Shown piece by piece: positions 1-9,854 of a DNA stretch of 64,000 bases. Both the position numbers and the translations under genes were made by a program. The stretch is taken from assembly GCA_025210745.1 (NCBI GenBank), contig JAOARC010000037.1, forward strand, positions 447,440 through 511,439, in the 5' to 3' direction. The stretch's first letter is position 1. Every line of letters begins with the position of its first letter. The notes beneath the pieces are model-generated. The model saw only the letters and a list, made by a program, of their open reading frames with translations. It did not search any database and was not told the DNA's origin. Origin of the DNA: Bacteriovoracaceae bacterium (GTDB taxonomy: Bacteria; Bdellovibrionota; Bacteriovoracia; Bacteriovoracales; Bacteriovoracaceae).

Positions 1-1
1 C

Positions 2-874
2 AAAGAAACAAAAAATGCAATCATTGAATTGGGTTCTAATAAACCAGGAGAAATAAAACTATTATGTGAAATTTGCAATCCTAATATTGGTGTTACAACA
101 AATATTGGCTATACCCATTTAGAGTTTTTTGATTCTTTAGAAAATGTTTATAAAGAAGAAGGATATTTAGCTGAGTATATTTCTAATGAAGATAAGTTTT
201 TTGTTAATATGGATGATTCATTTTTAAAAGAACTTGTTAAAAAACATAAAAATTATGATTTTGGTTTTAATGGAAAAAATTATCAGTTTACATATGATAA
301 TTCTCAGCTGAAAATTAACATTAATGAGCAAACATATAACATTAGCAATCAGTTTATTACTGGGAAGCATAACTTTTTTAATCTTGGTGTTGCTTTTATC
401 ATATCAAGTGAAATTTATCCGCAGTCTAAAAAAGACTTGGCTCATTGGTGCTCAAGTTTTAAACCAACTGAAAACCGTTCCGAATGGAAATCTATTGGCC
501 AAAGTCTAGTTTATTTAGATGCCTATAATTCAAACCCTTCTTCAGTTCATTCATCAGTATTAGGATTCTTGGAAAAAAATGCTGCAGATGAAACTCTTTT
601 TATTATTGGGGATATGAATGAGCTTGGGAGTTCCTCAAAAGAAATGCACTGCAAAATCGGTGAGTTCTTAAAAAATAATAATATCAATAATACTGTTTTC
701 ATAGGTAGGCATGCTGACGATTTATATAAAGGATGTGGCCGTGGTAGGACCTATAGAACCGCAAAAGAATACTCGGTGGAGTTTCTAGCTGATTTAAAAA
801 AATTTAAGAAAGTTTTTATTAAGGGAAGTCGCTCTTTACAACTTGAGTCAATAATAGATATAACCTTAGATTAA
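2..874 (+). CDS. murF: UDP-N-acetylmuramoyl-tripeptide--D-alanyl-D-alanine ligase MurF, C-terminal ~290 aa (5' end outside window)
   Basis: Frame is open from the window edge (KETKNAIIE precedes the TTG the track used). Motifs ELGSNKPGEI, TNIGYTHLEFF and GDMNELG. Lies directly upstream of mraY as in dcw clusters. Confidence 0.85.
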   Translation, partial: KETKNAIIELGSNKPGEIKLLCEICNPNIGVTTNIGYTHLEFFDSLENVYKEEGYLAEYISNEDKFFVNMDDSFLKELVKKHKNYDFGFNGKNYQFTYDNSQLKININEQTYNISNQFITGKHNFFNLGVAFIISSEIYPQSKKDLAHWCSSFKPTENRSEWKSIGQSLVYLDAYNSNPSSVHSSVLGFLEKNAADETLFIIGDMNELGSSSKEMHCKIGEFLKNNNINNTVFIGRHADDLYKGCGRGRTYRTAKEYSVEFLADLKKFKKVFIKGSRSLQLESIIDITLD

Positions 875-893
875 ATAAATTTTAAGGTTTTAT

Positions 894-1970
894 ATGCTAT
901 TTCATTTTTTATATCCATTAAGTTCAGATGCTTTTATATTTAATGTATTTAAATATATTACATTTAGAACTTTTATAGCATTTATCTTAGCTACAGCTTT
1001 TTCTATTATTTTAGGAAAGAAATTTATTAAATTTATGCAAAAGAAGCAGTTTGGACAATTTATACGCGATGATGGGCCCAGCTCTCACCTTAAAAAACAG
1101 GGAACTCCTACTATGGGAGGTATCTTTATAATTGGATCAATTATCTTAACAATGCTTATTACTGGAAACTTTAATTCATATCCTATTCTTATTAGTTTAT
1201 TTGTTATGCTTTCTTACTTTTTTTTAGGTTTCAGAGATGATTACCTAAAAGTAATTTACAAGAATTCTAAAGGTGTTTCTGCAAAAGGAAAGTTAGTATG
1301 GCAAATACTAACAGCTGCAGTAGCAGGTTTTCTACTTATCAAACTTAATGTTATAGACACAACACTTAGAATTCCATTTTTAAAAGAACCACTTATTGAT
1401 TTAGGAAGTTTTTATATTCTATTTATAGTTTTAGTTATTGTTGGCTCTAGTAATGCTGTTAATTTAACAGATGGCTTAGATGGACTTGTAAGTGGACCTG
1501 TGATTACATCTAGTGCAACTTTAGGTATTTTAGCATATATAACAGGACACTATGTTATTGCCAACTATCTTTATATTCCTCATATCCAAGGAGCGTCTGA
1601 GCTTGCAGTGCTTGCGATGGCAACAGTAGGAGCAACAGTTGGTTTTCTATGGTATAATACATACCCAGCTCAAATATTTATGGGAGATGTAGGTTCCCTA
1701 TCTTTAGGTGGATTACTAGGAACAATTGCTGTTGTAACAAAAAATGAAATTTTATTTGTGGTTATTGGAGGAGTTTTTGTAATGGAAGCTATTTCCGTAA
1801 TTTTACAGGTAGGATCATATAAATTAAGAAAAAAGAGAATATTTAAAATGGCTCCAATACATCATCATTTTGAGTTAAAGGGTTGGGCCGAGCCTAAAGT
1901 AATAGTAAGATTTTGGGTTATAAGTATTATTTTAGCAATTTTATCATTAGCAACATTAAAATTAAGGTAA
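894..1970 (+). CDS. mraY: phospho-N-acetylmuramoyl-pentapeptide transferase MraY
   Basis: Motifs GTPTMGG, NAVNLTDGLDGL, MGDVGSLSLGG, APIHHHFE. Polytopic membrane protein of 358 aa. Confidence 0.95.
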   Translation: MLFHFLYPLSSDAFIFNVFKYITFRTFIAFILATAFSIILGKKFIKFMQKKQFGQFIRDDGPSSHLKKQGTPTMGGIFIIGSIILTMLITGNFNSYPILISLFVMLSYFFLGFRDDYLKVIYKNSKGVSAKGKLVWQILTAAVAGFLLIKLNVIDTTLRIPFLKEPLIDLGSFYILFIVLVIVGSSNAVNLTDGLDGLVSGPVITSSATLGILAYITGHYVIANYLYIPHIQGASELAVLAMATVGATVGFLWYNTYPAQIFMGDVGSLSLGGLLGTIAVVTKNEILFVVIGGVFVMEAISVILQVGSYKLRKKRIFKMAPIHHHFELKGWAEPKVIVRFWVISIILAILSLATLKLR

Positions 1971-1983
1971 GTGGAGATATATT

Positions 1984-3363
1984 ATGGAAAATTATAAGGG
2001 AAAGAAAGTTCTTATTGTAGGTCTTGGTAAAACAGGATTTGCTTTAATAAATTTGTTTAATCATTTTCAGGCAGATATAAAGGTTACAGATATAAAGCCT
2101 ATTTTTGATCTCAATAAAGCAGTTAAAAGATTAAAGAAAATTAAACCAATGCCTCAGATGACATTAGGTGAACATAGAGATCAAGACTTCATAGAAGCTG
2201 ATATTATTGTTTATAGTAGTGCTGTAAATCCTCATTTACCACAATTACAAAGAGCAAAAGAAGCTGGACGCGAAGTTTATAGTGAGTTCGACTTTGCATA
2301 TAGAAATTGTAATAAACCAGTTATAGCTGTTTGTGGGAGTTTAGGCAGAACTACAATTGCTCATATGATTGGTTTTGCTTTAAAACTTGATAAGAAAAAT
2401 GTTTTTGTTGGTGGAACAAGTTCTGAGCCATTTAGTAATTATTTACTATTACCAGATAAAGATTTCGTTGATTATGTTGTCGTTGAAGTGTCACCAAAGC
2501 AACTTCAAACATTAGATAATTTCAGCCCAATTTTAGCTGTTTATCCAAATATTGATGAAAAGATGGCCGATGGAAGATTTAAGACAGCTGGAGAATATAT
2601 TGAAACTTCTTTGAAGGTATTAAGGAATTTAGGACCAGAAAATAATTTGATTGTTAATTTTGATAAATTATCAAGTAATTCAATGTTAAGGAGTTGCCCT
2701 GCTCAAACATATTGGTATTCAAGAAGATCATTTGTAAAAATGGGAGTTATTACAGAAATTCAAGGAACTCATTTTCATGATAGAAGAATACATTCAAATA
2801 TAAACTATCACTCAGAATTTAAAGTTAATAATATGAGAATTGTTGGACAAAATAATAGGGAGAATTTACTGGCTTCTATTACAGCTCTTAAAGCGTTAAA
2901 AGTTAGTGATAAGTCTATTCAAGAATGTATTGAAAAGTTCCCTGGAATTCCGCACCGAATGGAATTCGTTATTGAGAGAAATGGGGTAAAATTTTATAAT
3001 GATGCTAAGTCTGAAACTATGGCGCAAATGGCAGAGAGTCTAAATAATCTTAAAGGTCCAATAATTCTTATTGCAGGTGGTAAAGATACTGAGCAAATGT
3101 ATGAAGGCTATGCCGATGTAATTAGAGAAAAAGTACGTTTAATGGTGCTTGTAGGTGAATGTAAAGAAAGTATGAATAGAATTATTGGTGATTCTACTCA
3201 AACATTTCTTGTTGGATCATTTGATGAGTCTATACTTCTTGCATTTCAAAAATCGAGAACTGGGGATACTATTATTCTTTGTCCTGGTAATGATTCCACA
3301 GATACTTTTAGAGATTATGATGAAAAAGGTAGTTATTATAAAAAACTAATTTTTCAACTATAA
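1984..3363 (+). CDS. murD: UDP-N-acetylmuramoylalanine--D-glutamate ligase MurD homologue (catalytic motifs diverged)
   Basis: N-terminal Rossmann KVLIVGLGKTG, GIPHRMEF, NDAKSET, and mraY-murD-ftsW position. P-loop reads GSLGRTT (see finding). Confidence 0.8.
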   Translation: MENYKGKKVLIVGLGKTGFALINLFNHFQADIKVTDIKPIFDLNKAVKRLKKIKPMPQMTLGEHRDQDFIEADIIVYSSAVNPHLPQLQRAKEAGREVYSEFDFAYRNCNKPVIAVCGSLGRTTIAHMIGFALKLDKKNVFVGGTSSEPFSNYLLLPDKDFVDYVVVEVSPKQLQTLDNFSPILAVYPNIDEKMADGRFKTAGEYIETSLKVLRNLGPENNLIVNFDKLSSNSMLRSCPAQTYWYSRRSFVKMGVITEIQGTHFHDRRIHSNINYHSEFKVNNMRIVGQNNRENLLASITALKALKVSDKSIQECIEKFPGIPHRMEFVIERNGVKFYNDAKSETMAQMAESLNNLKGPIILIAGGKDTEQMYEGYADVIREKVRLMVLVGECKESMNRIIGDSTQTFLVGSFDESILLAFQKSRTGDTIILCPGNDSTDTFRDYDEKGSYYKKLIFQL

Positions 3364-3405
3364 GAATAATTGATGATTTGATGCATATACTGTTAGAATA
3401 TAACT

Positions 3406-4530
3406 ATGGAAAGTAAGTTAAAACAGTATATGCTTGTAGATTTATTTCTGATTATAATTGTCGGAATAATAATGGTCTACTCCTCTAGCTATATTTATGC
3501 TAAAGAGGTTATTGGAAGTTCTACATACTTTTTGTTTAAGCAACTAATTTTTTTAATTCTTGGTGGTATTGTAGCTTACGTTATTTCAAAAACAAAATTT
3601 TCATTTTGGTATCGTAACTCTTATAAGCTTAATACCATTGCAACTTTTTTATTACTTTTTACTTTGACTCCATTAGGAGTTTCTATAAAGGGTTCTAATA
3701 GATGGCTTAATATATTGGGTTTAAATTTACAGCCTGGAGAATTTGTTAAATATACAATTGTTTTTAGTGCAATATACTTTTTTAATAATTATAAAAAATA
3801 CAGTAGAAATGATTTAATTTTATATTCAATGCAGCTATTAGTTCCGTTAACTATATTAATTGTACAACCAGACTTTGGAACATTTACTATTAGCGCTATT
3901 TTAATTGCGTTTGCTTGTTTTTTAAGTGATTTTTCAAGAAAGTATTTTTATTCTGCTATATGTGTGGGAGCAATTGCTATTTCTGGGATTTTAGTTTCTG
4001 CACCATATAGAGTAAAAAGATTGCTAACCTTTTTAGATCCTTGGGGGGATCCGCAAAATAGTGGTTTTCAAATTATTCAATCATATCTTGCTTTTGCAAA
4101 TGGACATATATTTGGTCAGGGAATTGGCAATAGTAATGAAAAATTATTCTATTTGCCCGAGGCATATAATGATTTTATATTTAGTGTTTTAGGCGAAGAA
4201 ATTGGTTTGATTGGTGTTATTTGCGTTGTTGCTTTATATACAGTTTTTGTATTTTTAGGGTTTAAGTTAGCTCTAACGGTTAAGAGTAAAATAAATGCAA
4301 GTTTTATAGCAACGATTATATTTGCTATTGGATTTCAAGCTTTTTTAAATATGGGAGTTGTCTTGGGACTTTTACCGACTAAAGGTTTAAACCTTCCATT
4401 TATTTCTTATGGAGGCTCTTCGTTATTTGCTAACTTAGTTGGTATTGGTTTTGTCTTTAGTGCTTTAGCAGTGAAGTCGCAAATAATGCATGAAAGTGAC
4501 TCTATACATAAGTCTTATACAATAAGGTAA
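3406..4530 (+). CDS. ftsW: SEDS-family peptidoglycan glycosyltransferase / cell-division protein FtsW
   Basis: About 10 TM segments, GFQIIQS, NLPFISYGGSS. Lies between murD and murG. Confidence 0.85.
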   Translation: MESKLKQYMLVDLFLIIIVGIIMVYSSSYIYAKEVIGSSTYFLFKQLIFLILGGIVAYVISKTKFSFWYRNSYKLNTIATFLLLFTLTPLGVSIKGSNRWLNILGLNLQPGEFVKYTIVFSAIYFFNNYKKYSRNDLILYSMQLLVPLTILIVQPDFGTFTISAILIAFACFLSDFSRKYFYSAICVGAIAISGILVSAPYRVKRLLTFLDPWGDPQNSGFQIIQSYLAFANGHIFGQGIGNSNEKLFYLPEAYNDFIFSVLGEEIGLIGVICVVALYTVFVFLGFKLALTVKSKINASFIATIIFAIGFQAFLNMGVVLGLLPTKGLNLPFISYGGSSLFANLVGIGFVFSALAVKSQIMHESDSIHKSYTIR

Positions 4531-4535
4531 TTTGC

Positions 4536-5552
4536 GTGAAAAAAGTTTATATAGTAGCTGGAGGAACTGGCGGGCATATTAATGCAGCCTTAAGTCTTGG
4601 AGATAGCTTTAGCAAGGAATTTGAAGTTATTTATTATTCTGGTACTAGACCTTTAGATTATAAATTATTTAAAGGGCAAAATGTTGTTCATTTAAATGGA
4701 GCAGGAATGTTGGGAAAGTCTGCTCTTTATATTTTAAAATCAATTTCTTTAAATACAATATTATTATTTAAGTTACTTTTAATTTTTCTTTTTAAAAGAC
4801 CATCATTTATTGTTGGGACAGGTGGTTATATTTGTGGTCCAACATTATTAAGTGCGTGGATGTTAGGGATAAAAGTTTATATTTTGGAACAAAATGCGGT
4901 AGCAGGATTTACAAATAGAATTCTTTCAAAAATTGCGTCTAAAGTTTTTGTAAACTTTAAAGAGACTATTGGATTAACTGGAAAAAAAGTAATTGTTACA
5001 GGAAACCCTATTCGCTCTGAGATTCAATTTTATGAAAACACAATAAACGGTAAAATAAACATTCTTATTTTTGGTGGAAGCTTAGGAGCAAAACAATTTG
5101 ATCCACTAGTTAGATCTTTAATTGATGAAAATAAATATTCTATTAAACATCAAGTTGGAAATACAAATAAAGATATTTTAGAGGGAAATGATTATGAAAG
5201 ATTCACTTATATTGATAATATGAGTGAAGCTTATAAATGGGCCAATATTATAATCTGTAGGAGTGGAGCTTCAACTGTTTCCGAACTTGAAGTTGTCAAA
5301 AAACCAGCTCTAATTATTCCATTCAAATTTGCAACACATGATCATCAAACATTAAATGCTAAAAGTTATAAAGATAAAAAGTTAGCTTATACATATATTT
5401 TTAATAAAGATGTAACTCAAGAAGAGCTTATTGATAAAGCAAAAGAAGTTATTTTCGATATAATAGAAAATAGAAAATTTGAATCTAATAAAGAATATAC
5501 CTCTATTGATTCAGTAAACTTAATTAAAAAAGAGATATTAGGTGATTCATAA
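4536..5552 (+). CDS. murG: UDP-N-acetylglucosamine--lipid I N-acetylglucosamine transferase MurG
   Basis: GGTGGHI G-loop, RSGASTVSEL, GTG start, dcw position. Confidence 0.85.
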   Translation: MKKVYIVAGGTGGHINAALSLGDSFSKEFEVIYYSGTRPLDYKLFKGQNVVHLNGAGMLGKSALYILKSISLNTILLFKLLLIFLFKRPSFIVGTGGYICGPTLLSAWMLGIKVYILEQNAVAGFTNRILSKIASKVFVNFKETIGLTGKKVIVTGNPIRSEIQFYENTINGKINILIFGGSLGAKQFDPLVRSLIDENKYSIKHQVGNTNKDILEGNDYERFTYIDNMSEAYKWANIIICRSGASTVSELEVVKKPALIIPFKFATHDHQTLNAKSYKDKKLAYTYIFNKDVTQEELIDKAKEVIFDIIENRKFESNKEYTSIDSVNLIKKEILGDS

Positions 5553-6903
5553 TAAAAAGATACATTTTATTGGTATTGGTGGCATTGGAATGAGTGCCAT
5601 AGCTAAGGTATTAATTAAAATGGGAAATACAATTAGTGGATCGGATAGAGTCTTAAATGCTAATACTGATGAACTTAAAGCTCTTGGTGCTAATATTTTT
5701 GAAAACCATTGTGAATCTCATCTAGGTGATGACGTTGATTATCTTGTTTATAATTCTGCCATTCGAGATAATAATCCTGAGTTTATAAAGGCAAAAAAGC
5801 TTAATATTGAAATACTCAAAAGAGCTCAAATGCTTTCTAGGATAATACCTCAAAATAAAGGTATTGCAGTCGCTGGATCCCATGGAAAAACAACAACGGC
5901 ATGTTATTTAAGTGAATTATTGTATAAATTAGATGAATCCCCTTCTTTTATTGTTGGAGGAATTGTTAAAGAGGTTAAAACAAATGGTCATAAAGGTTCT
6001 AGTGAACATTTTGTTATTGAAGCAGATGAGTCTGATGCATCTTTTTTGTTTTTTAATACTCTGTATTCTATTGTAACTAATATTGATAATGATCATCTTG
6101 ATAATTATGGTGGTAGAGAAAAGCTAGAACAAACATTTATTAAGTATATAAATGAAAATAGCATAATAACTATTTTAAATATGGATGATCCTGGAATTCA
6201 AAAAATTAACGATGATATTAATAAAAAGAATATTATTAGATATTCTTCTCATAAGGATAAGTACGACGTTTTTTTTGAAATAAAGTCAATGTATGAAGGG
6301 GTTTCAGATTTTTCATTATCTTATAAAAATAATAAATATAATTTTGTAACAAATGTACTTGGTGAACACAATATAAATAATTTAATTAGTGCAGTAATTT
6401 ATCTCTTAGAAAATGGTATTTGTGAAAAAAAGATTCAAACTGTAATTAAAAATATTACGGGTATAAGAAGACGTTTTGATAAATTAGTTGAAACAAAAGA
6501 CTTTTTGGTTATTGATGATTATGCACATCATCCAACTGAAATTAAATGTGTTATAGATTCAATTAAAAAAAGCTATCCAAATAAGAAGCTAATAGCTTTT
6601 TTTGAACCTCACCGATTTACAAGAACTAAAAACTTTTGGGATGAGTTTTCATATTGTTTTGAAGGAACTGATAATTTCTATCTCTTGCCAATTTATGATG
6701 CAAGTGAAGATCCGATTGAGGGTATTACTTCTAAAAGATTATTTGAAGATATCACAAATACAAATAAGGAGTACTTGGCTTCACTAAGTGCGATAAAAGA
6801 AAATCTAACTAAGTATGAAAAAAATGGAAATATCATTTTAAGCTTAGGGGCTGGGCCTATAAGTAAAGAGTTTAGGACAATATATAATGCATCCGCTATT
6901 TGA
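5542..6903 (+). CDS. murC: UDP-N-acetylmuramate--L-alanine ligase MurC
   Basis: GIGGIGMSAIA, P-loop GSHGKTTT, NIDNDHLDNY, DDYAHHPTE. Overlaps the murG stop. Confidence 0.9.
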   Translation: MIHNKKIHFIGIGGIGMSAIAKVLIKMGNTISGSDRVLNANTDELKALGANIFENHCESHLGDDVDYLVYNSAIRDNNPEFIKAKKLNIEILKRAQMLSRIIPQNKGIAVAGSHGKTTTACYLSELLYKLDESPSFIVGGIVKEVKTNGHKGSSEHFVIEADESDASFLFFNTLYSIVTNIDNDHLDNYGGREKLEQTFIKYINENSIITILNMDDPGIQKINDDINKKNIIRYSSHKDKYDVFFEIKSMYEGVSDFSLSYKNNKYNFVTNVLGEHNINNLISAVIYLLENGICEKKIQTVIKNITGIRRRFDKLVETKDFLVIDDYAHHPTEIKCVIDSIKKSYPNKKLIAFFEPHRFTRTKNFWDEFSYCFEGTDNFYLLPIYDASEDPIEGITSKRLFEDITNTNKEYLASLSAIKENLTKYEKNGNIILSLGAGPISKEFRTIYNASAI

Positions 6904-7774
6904 AAAAGTTAAAAGCATTGATGGTATAAAACTTAAGCTTCAAGTTGATGTTGGAAGCTATACGACGATGAAGCTTACTGCTATTGGAGACATTGTTGAA
7001 GTTGATGACTCTAAAAACTTAGAGTTATTAATAAGTATTTTAAAAGAACATCAGTATAAATATCATCTGATCGGTCTTGGGGCTAATCAAGTTATATTAA
7101 ATACTAAGGATACATTATTTATTAGATTAAAGTTTGAAAATAGTGGCGTATTAAAACTTTATCAAGATAAGTATGAACTTTTAGCTGGTGTAACTTTAAA
7201 TAAACTAACATCAGCAGCGATTAAGCATGGCCTTAGTGGTTGGGAGTGTTTAACGGGAATACCAGCTACAGTTGGTGGCGCGATTTTTATGAATGCAGGA
7301 ACTAAATTTGGAGAGATTTGTAGCTTTGTAGAGTCTGTTAAGATTTTAAGAAAAAGTGGAAAGCTAGAAAATTATAAAGTTAATGAAGAATCCTTTTCAT
7401 ATAGAAAGAATAACTTTGTGAGCAAAGGTGATATTATAGTCAGTGCTATCTTAACTCATAATGGAAAGTCTGAGTCTGTAAAAGAAACTATTAAAGAGTA
7501 TTTAGAGTATAGAAATAATACTCAACCTCTTGGTACCCAAAACTGTGGGTGCGTATTTAAAAACAATGAGAGGCTCAAAGCTGGAGCCTCAATAGATAAA
7601 GCCGGACTAAAAGGTTTTGGTTTTAATGGTATTAAAGTAAGTCAAAAGCATGGAAACTTCTTTGAAAACACTGACGGTAGTGCTAAAGACTTTGTTAGAC
7701 TTGTTGAAACTGTAAATGAGAAACTTTTTGAACAATTTGATGAAAAATTTGAATTAGAAGTTAAAATTTATTAA
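6887..7774 (+). CDS. murB: UDP-N-acetylenolpyruvoylglucosamine reductase MurB
   Basis: GLGANQV, GWECLTGIPATVGGAIFMNAG, FSYRKN, GCVFKN. Overlaps the murC stop. Confidence 0.85.
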   Translation: MHPLFEKVKSIDGIKLKLQVDVGSYTTMKLTAIGDIVEVDDSKNLELLISILKEHQYKYHLIGLGANQVILNTKDTLFIRLKFENSGVLKLYQDKYELLAGVTLNKLTSAAIKHGLSGWECLTGIPATVGGAIFMNAGTKFGEICSFVESVKILRKSGKLENYKVNEESFSYRKNNFVSKGDIIVSAILTHNGKSESVKETIKEYLEYRNNTQPLGTQNCGCVFKNNERLKAGASIDKAGLKGFGFNGIKVSQKHGNFFENTDGSAKDFVRLVETVNEKLFEQFDEKFELEVKIY

Positions 7775-7783
7775 GATTTATTT

Positions 7784-8512
7784 ATGATAAAACTTTTAAG
7801 TTCTTTATTAATTCTTATATCAGCTTCTTCTTTTGGAAGTAATAGATTAAAAAAACCTATTGATTATAAGACCTATTTTGGCAGCTGTCCTTCTAGAGTA
7901 GCTGGTAAACTTACTTTAAGACTTGCAAAAGTTTTTGAACAAAAAAGATCTTTAAAAGCTGTTAAGGAAGAAATCACTGAAAATAAGCTAAAAGAAAAGT
8001 TCTTTTTATCTGACTATAGCATTACTCATGATCCTGTAACTGATAAGTTAAAGTTTAAGTTTGATTGTCCAGCTCCTGTTATGAAAGTTCAAATCTATAA
8101 AAACAATGGAGATGAGTTTTATACAGCAATTTTAGTTGATAATGGTGAGCTATTTGATCCTACTTATGAAGTAATGCTTAGGTCTGAAAAAATACTTAGA
8201 TCAAAGTTACCAAATTTAGCTATGCCAGTTAAAGTTTTGGATCAAAAATTGCACTTAGATATAACGAGGCTAATTGTAGACCTTGATTTAAGTGTTAGGA
8301 AGATTATATCGGAAGTAATTATTAGTGAAAACAATCAGTTAACGATGATTCTATCGGTTCGAAAAAGACCCACTAGTGTCTTTTTGGGATCAGATTATTG
8401 GAGTGAAAAAGTTGACAAGCTTACTAGGGTAATTGCTCATATGAAGAAGAAAAAGTCTATTCCAAGCGTAATTAATTTAACAAACTCAAAAAAAGTTGTT
8501 GTCAAGTTCTAA
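7784..8512 (+). CDS. ftsQ: cell-division protein FtsQ-like (single N-terminal anchor plus POTRA-like region)
   Basis: Position between murB and ftsA. N-terminal hydrophobic anchor; segment KLKFKFDCPAPVMKVQ...ILVDNGELFD fits the FtsQ POTRA/beta-domain pattern by eye. Confidence 0.5.
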   Translation: MIKLLSSLLILISASSFGSNRLKKPIDYKTYFGSCPSRVAGKLTLRLAKVFEQKRSLKAVKEEITENKLKEKFFLSDYSITHDPVTDKLKFKFDCPAPVMKVQIYKNNGDEFYTAILVDNGELFDPTYEVMLRSEKILRSKLPNLAMPVKVLDQKLHLDITRLIVDLDLSVRKIISEVIISENNQLTMILSVRKRPTSVFLGSDYWSEKVDKLTRVIAHMKKKKSIPSVINLTNSKKVVVKF

Positions 8513-8611
8513 CCAGACCTCTACGATTATAATAGGGTGCAATATTTTCCCTATAGTTTGCAGAATGATTCTGTATATATCAATTGATATGAAATGAGGA
8601 AGGAATCTCAA

Positions 8612-9844
8612 ATGAATGAAAAAAAATTGGTAATGTCTTTAGATGTTGGAACAACTAAAGTTTGTACTATCATTGGTGAAAAGAAAAAGTCTGGACTCGA
8701 AATCATTGGTGTTGGTTCTCACCCAAGCTATGGTTTAAAAAAGGGTTCAGTTGTAAATATAGATAAAACTGTAAGATCAATCAGCTGTTCAGTTGAAGAT
8801 GCAAAACAAATGTCAGGTGTTAGCGATATAAATGAAGCAATTATTGGTATTGCTGGAAATCATATTTATTGTTTTAATAGTTCAGGTGTAGTTCCTATAA
8901 AAGGAAAGGAAATTACTGAAGCTGATTTAGATAGAGTAATCGAAGCTGCTAAAGCTGTTCTTATACCATCTGATAGAGAAGTTTTACATGTTATTCCTCA
9001 AGAGTTTAGAGTAGATAATACATCTGGAATTAAAGATCCTGTTGGAATGTGTGGAACAAGATTAGAAGCCCATGTTCATATTGTTACAGGTAAGACTCCT
9101 CTTATTCAAAATTTAATCAAATGTGTAGAAGCTTCTGGAATTCATCCAGATAATATAGTGTTACAACCAATTGCTTCATCTAGATCTGTTCTTACAACTG
9201 AAGAAAAAGAACTTGGTGTTGTTTTAATTGATATCGGTGGAGGAACAACTGACATTGCAGTTTGGAAAGATAGTTCTTTAATTCACTCTCAAATTGTTCC
9301 TGTTGGTGGAAATCATTTTACAAATGACTTAGCTGTAGCTCTTAAGATTCCTCATAGTGAAGCTGAAAGAATTAAAATTAATCATGGTTCTGTTCTTCCC
9401 GAGCAGGTAAATCAATCAGCTCATATTTCGGTTCAAGGTTTATCTGGAACAAAGCCAAGAGAAGTTAGACTTGGTAGAGTTGCAGAAGTTTTAGGGGCAA
9501 GAAGTGAAGAACTATTTACTATTGTAGATAACATTATTAGAGAAAAGAATCTTCAAGATATGATTAGTGGTGGCTATGTTATCACTGGTGGAGGCTCTTT
9601 AATAAAAGGGTTACAAAGTCTAGCTGAGTATGTTTTGGAAAAACCAGCAAAAATTGGCTATCCTACACCATTTGGTGGAATGACAAGTGTAATGCAAAAT
9701 CCTAAGTTTTCTACTGTATTAGGGTTGATGCTTGAAGCCTCTTCATCTGTAGAGGTTAAAGAAGTAAAAAATAAAAGAATAAGTAATGATGCTTTTGGTA
9801 AATTTAGTAATTCACTAAAAAGTGTCTTTAAGGAAATTTTCTAA
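8612..9844 (+). CDS. ftsA: cell-division protein FtsA
   Basis: Actin-fold motifs LDVGTTKV and [20 protein letters not shown] lies 7 nt before ATG 8612; the track start 8594 is probably too far upstream. Confidence 0.9.
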   Translation: MNEKKLVMSLDVGTTKVCTIIGEKKKSGLEIIGVGSHPSYGLKKGSVVNIDKTVRSISCSVEDAKQMSGVSDINEAIIGIAGNHIYCFNSSGVVPIKGKEITEADLDRVIEAAKAVLIPSDREVLHVIPQEFRVDNTSGIKDPVGMCGTRLEAHVHIVTGKTPLIQNLIKCVEASGIHPDNIVLQPIASSRSVLTTEEKELGVVLIDIGGGTTDIAVWKDSSLIHSQIVPVGGNHFTNDLAVALKIPHSEAERIKINHGSVLPEQVNQSAHISVQGLSGTKPREVRLGRVAEVLGARSEELFTIVDNIIREKNLQDMISGGYVITGGGSLIKGLQSLAEYVLEKPAKIGYPTPFGGMTSVMQNPKFSTVLGLMLEASSSVEVKEVKNKRISNDAFGKFSNSLKSVFKEIF

Positions 9845-9854
9845 GGAGAATACT

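Noticed and set aside
8594-9854. N-terminal extensions in the ORF track for ftsA (8594), ftsZ (9822), the PilZ gene (20634), the 206-aa ORF (25611), fliD (31749), the sigma-54 activator (34766), the lipoprotein (41829), batD (51493) and pilA (58891).
   Set aside because: In each case a downstream start has a better-placed Shine-Dalgarno sequence or removes an overlap with the preceding gene, and it yields a family-typical N-terminus. The shorter coordinates were adopted. This is inference, not proof.
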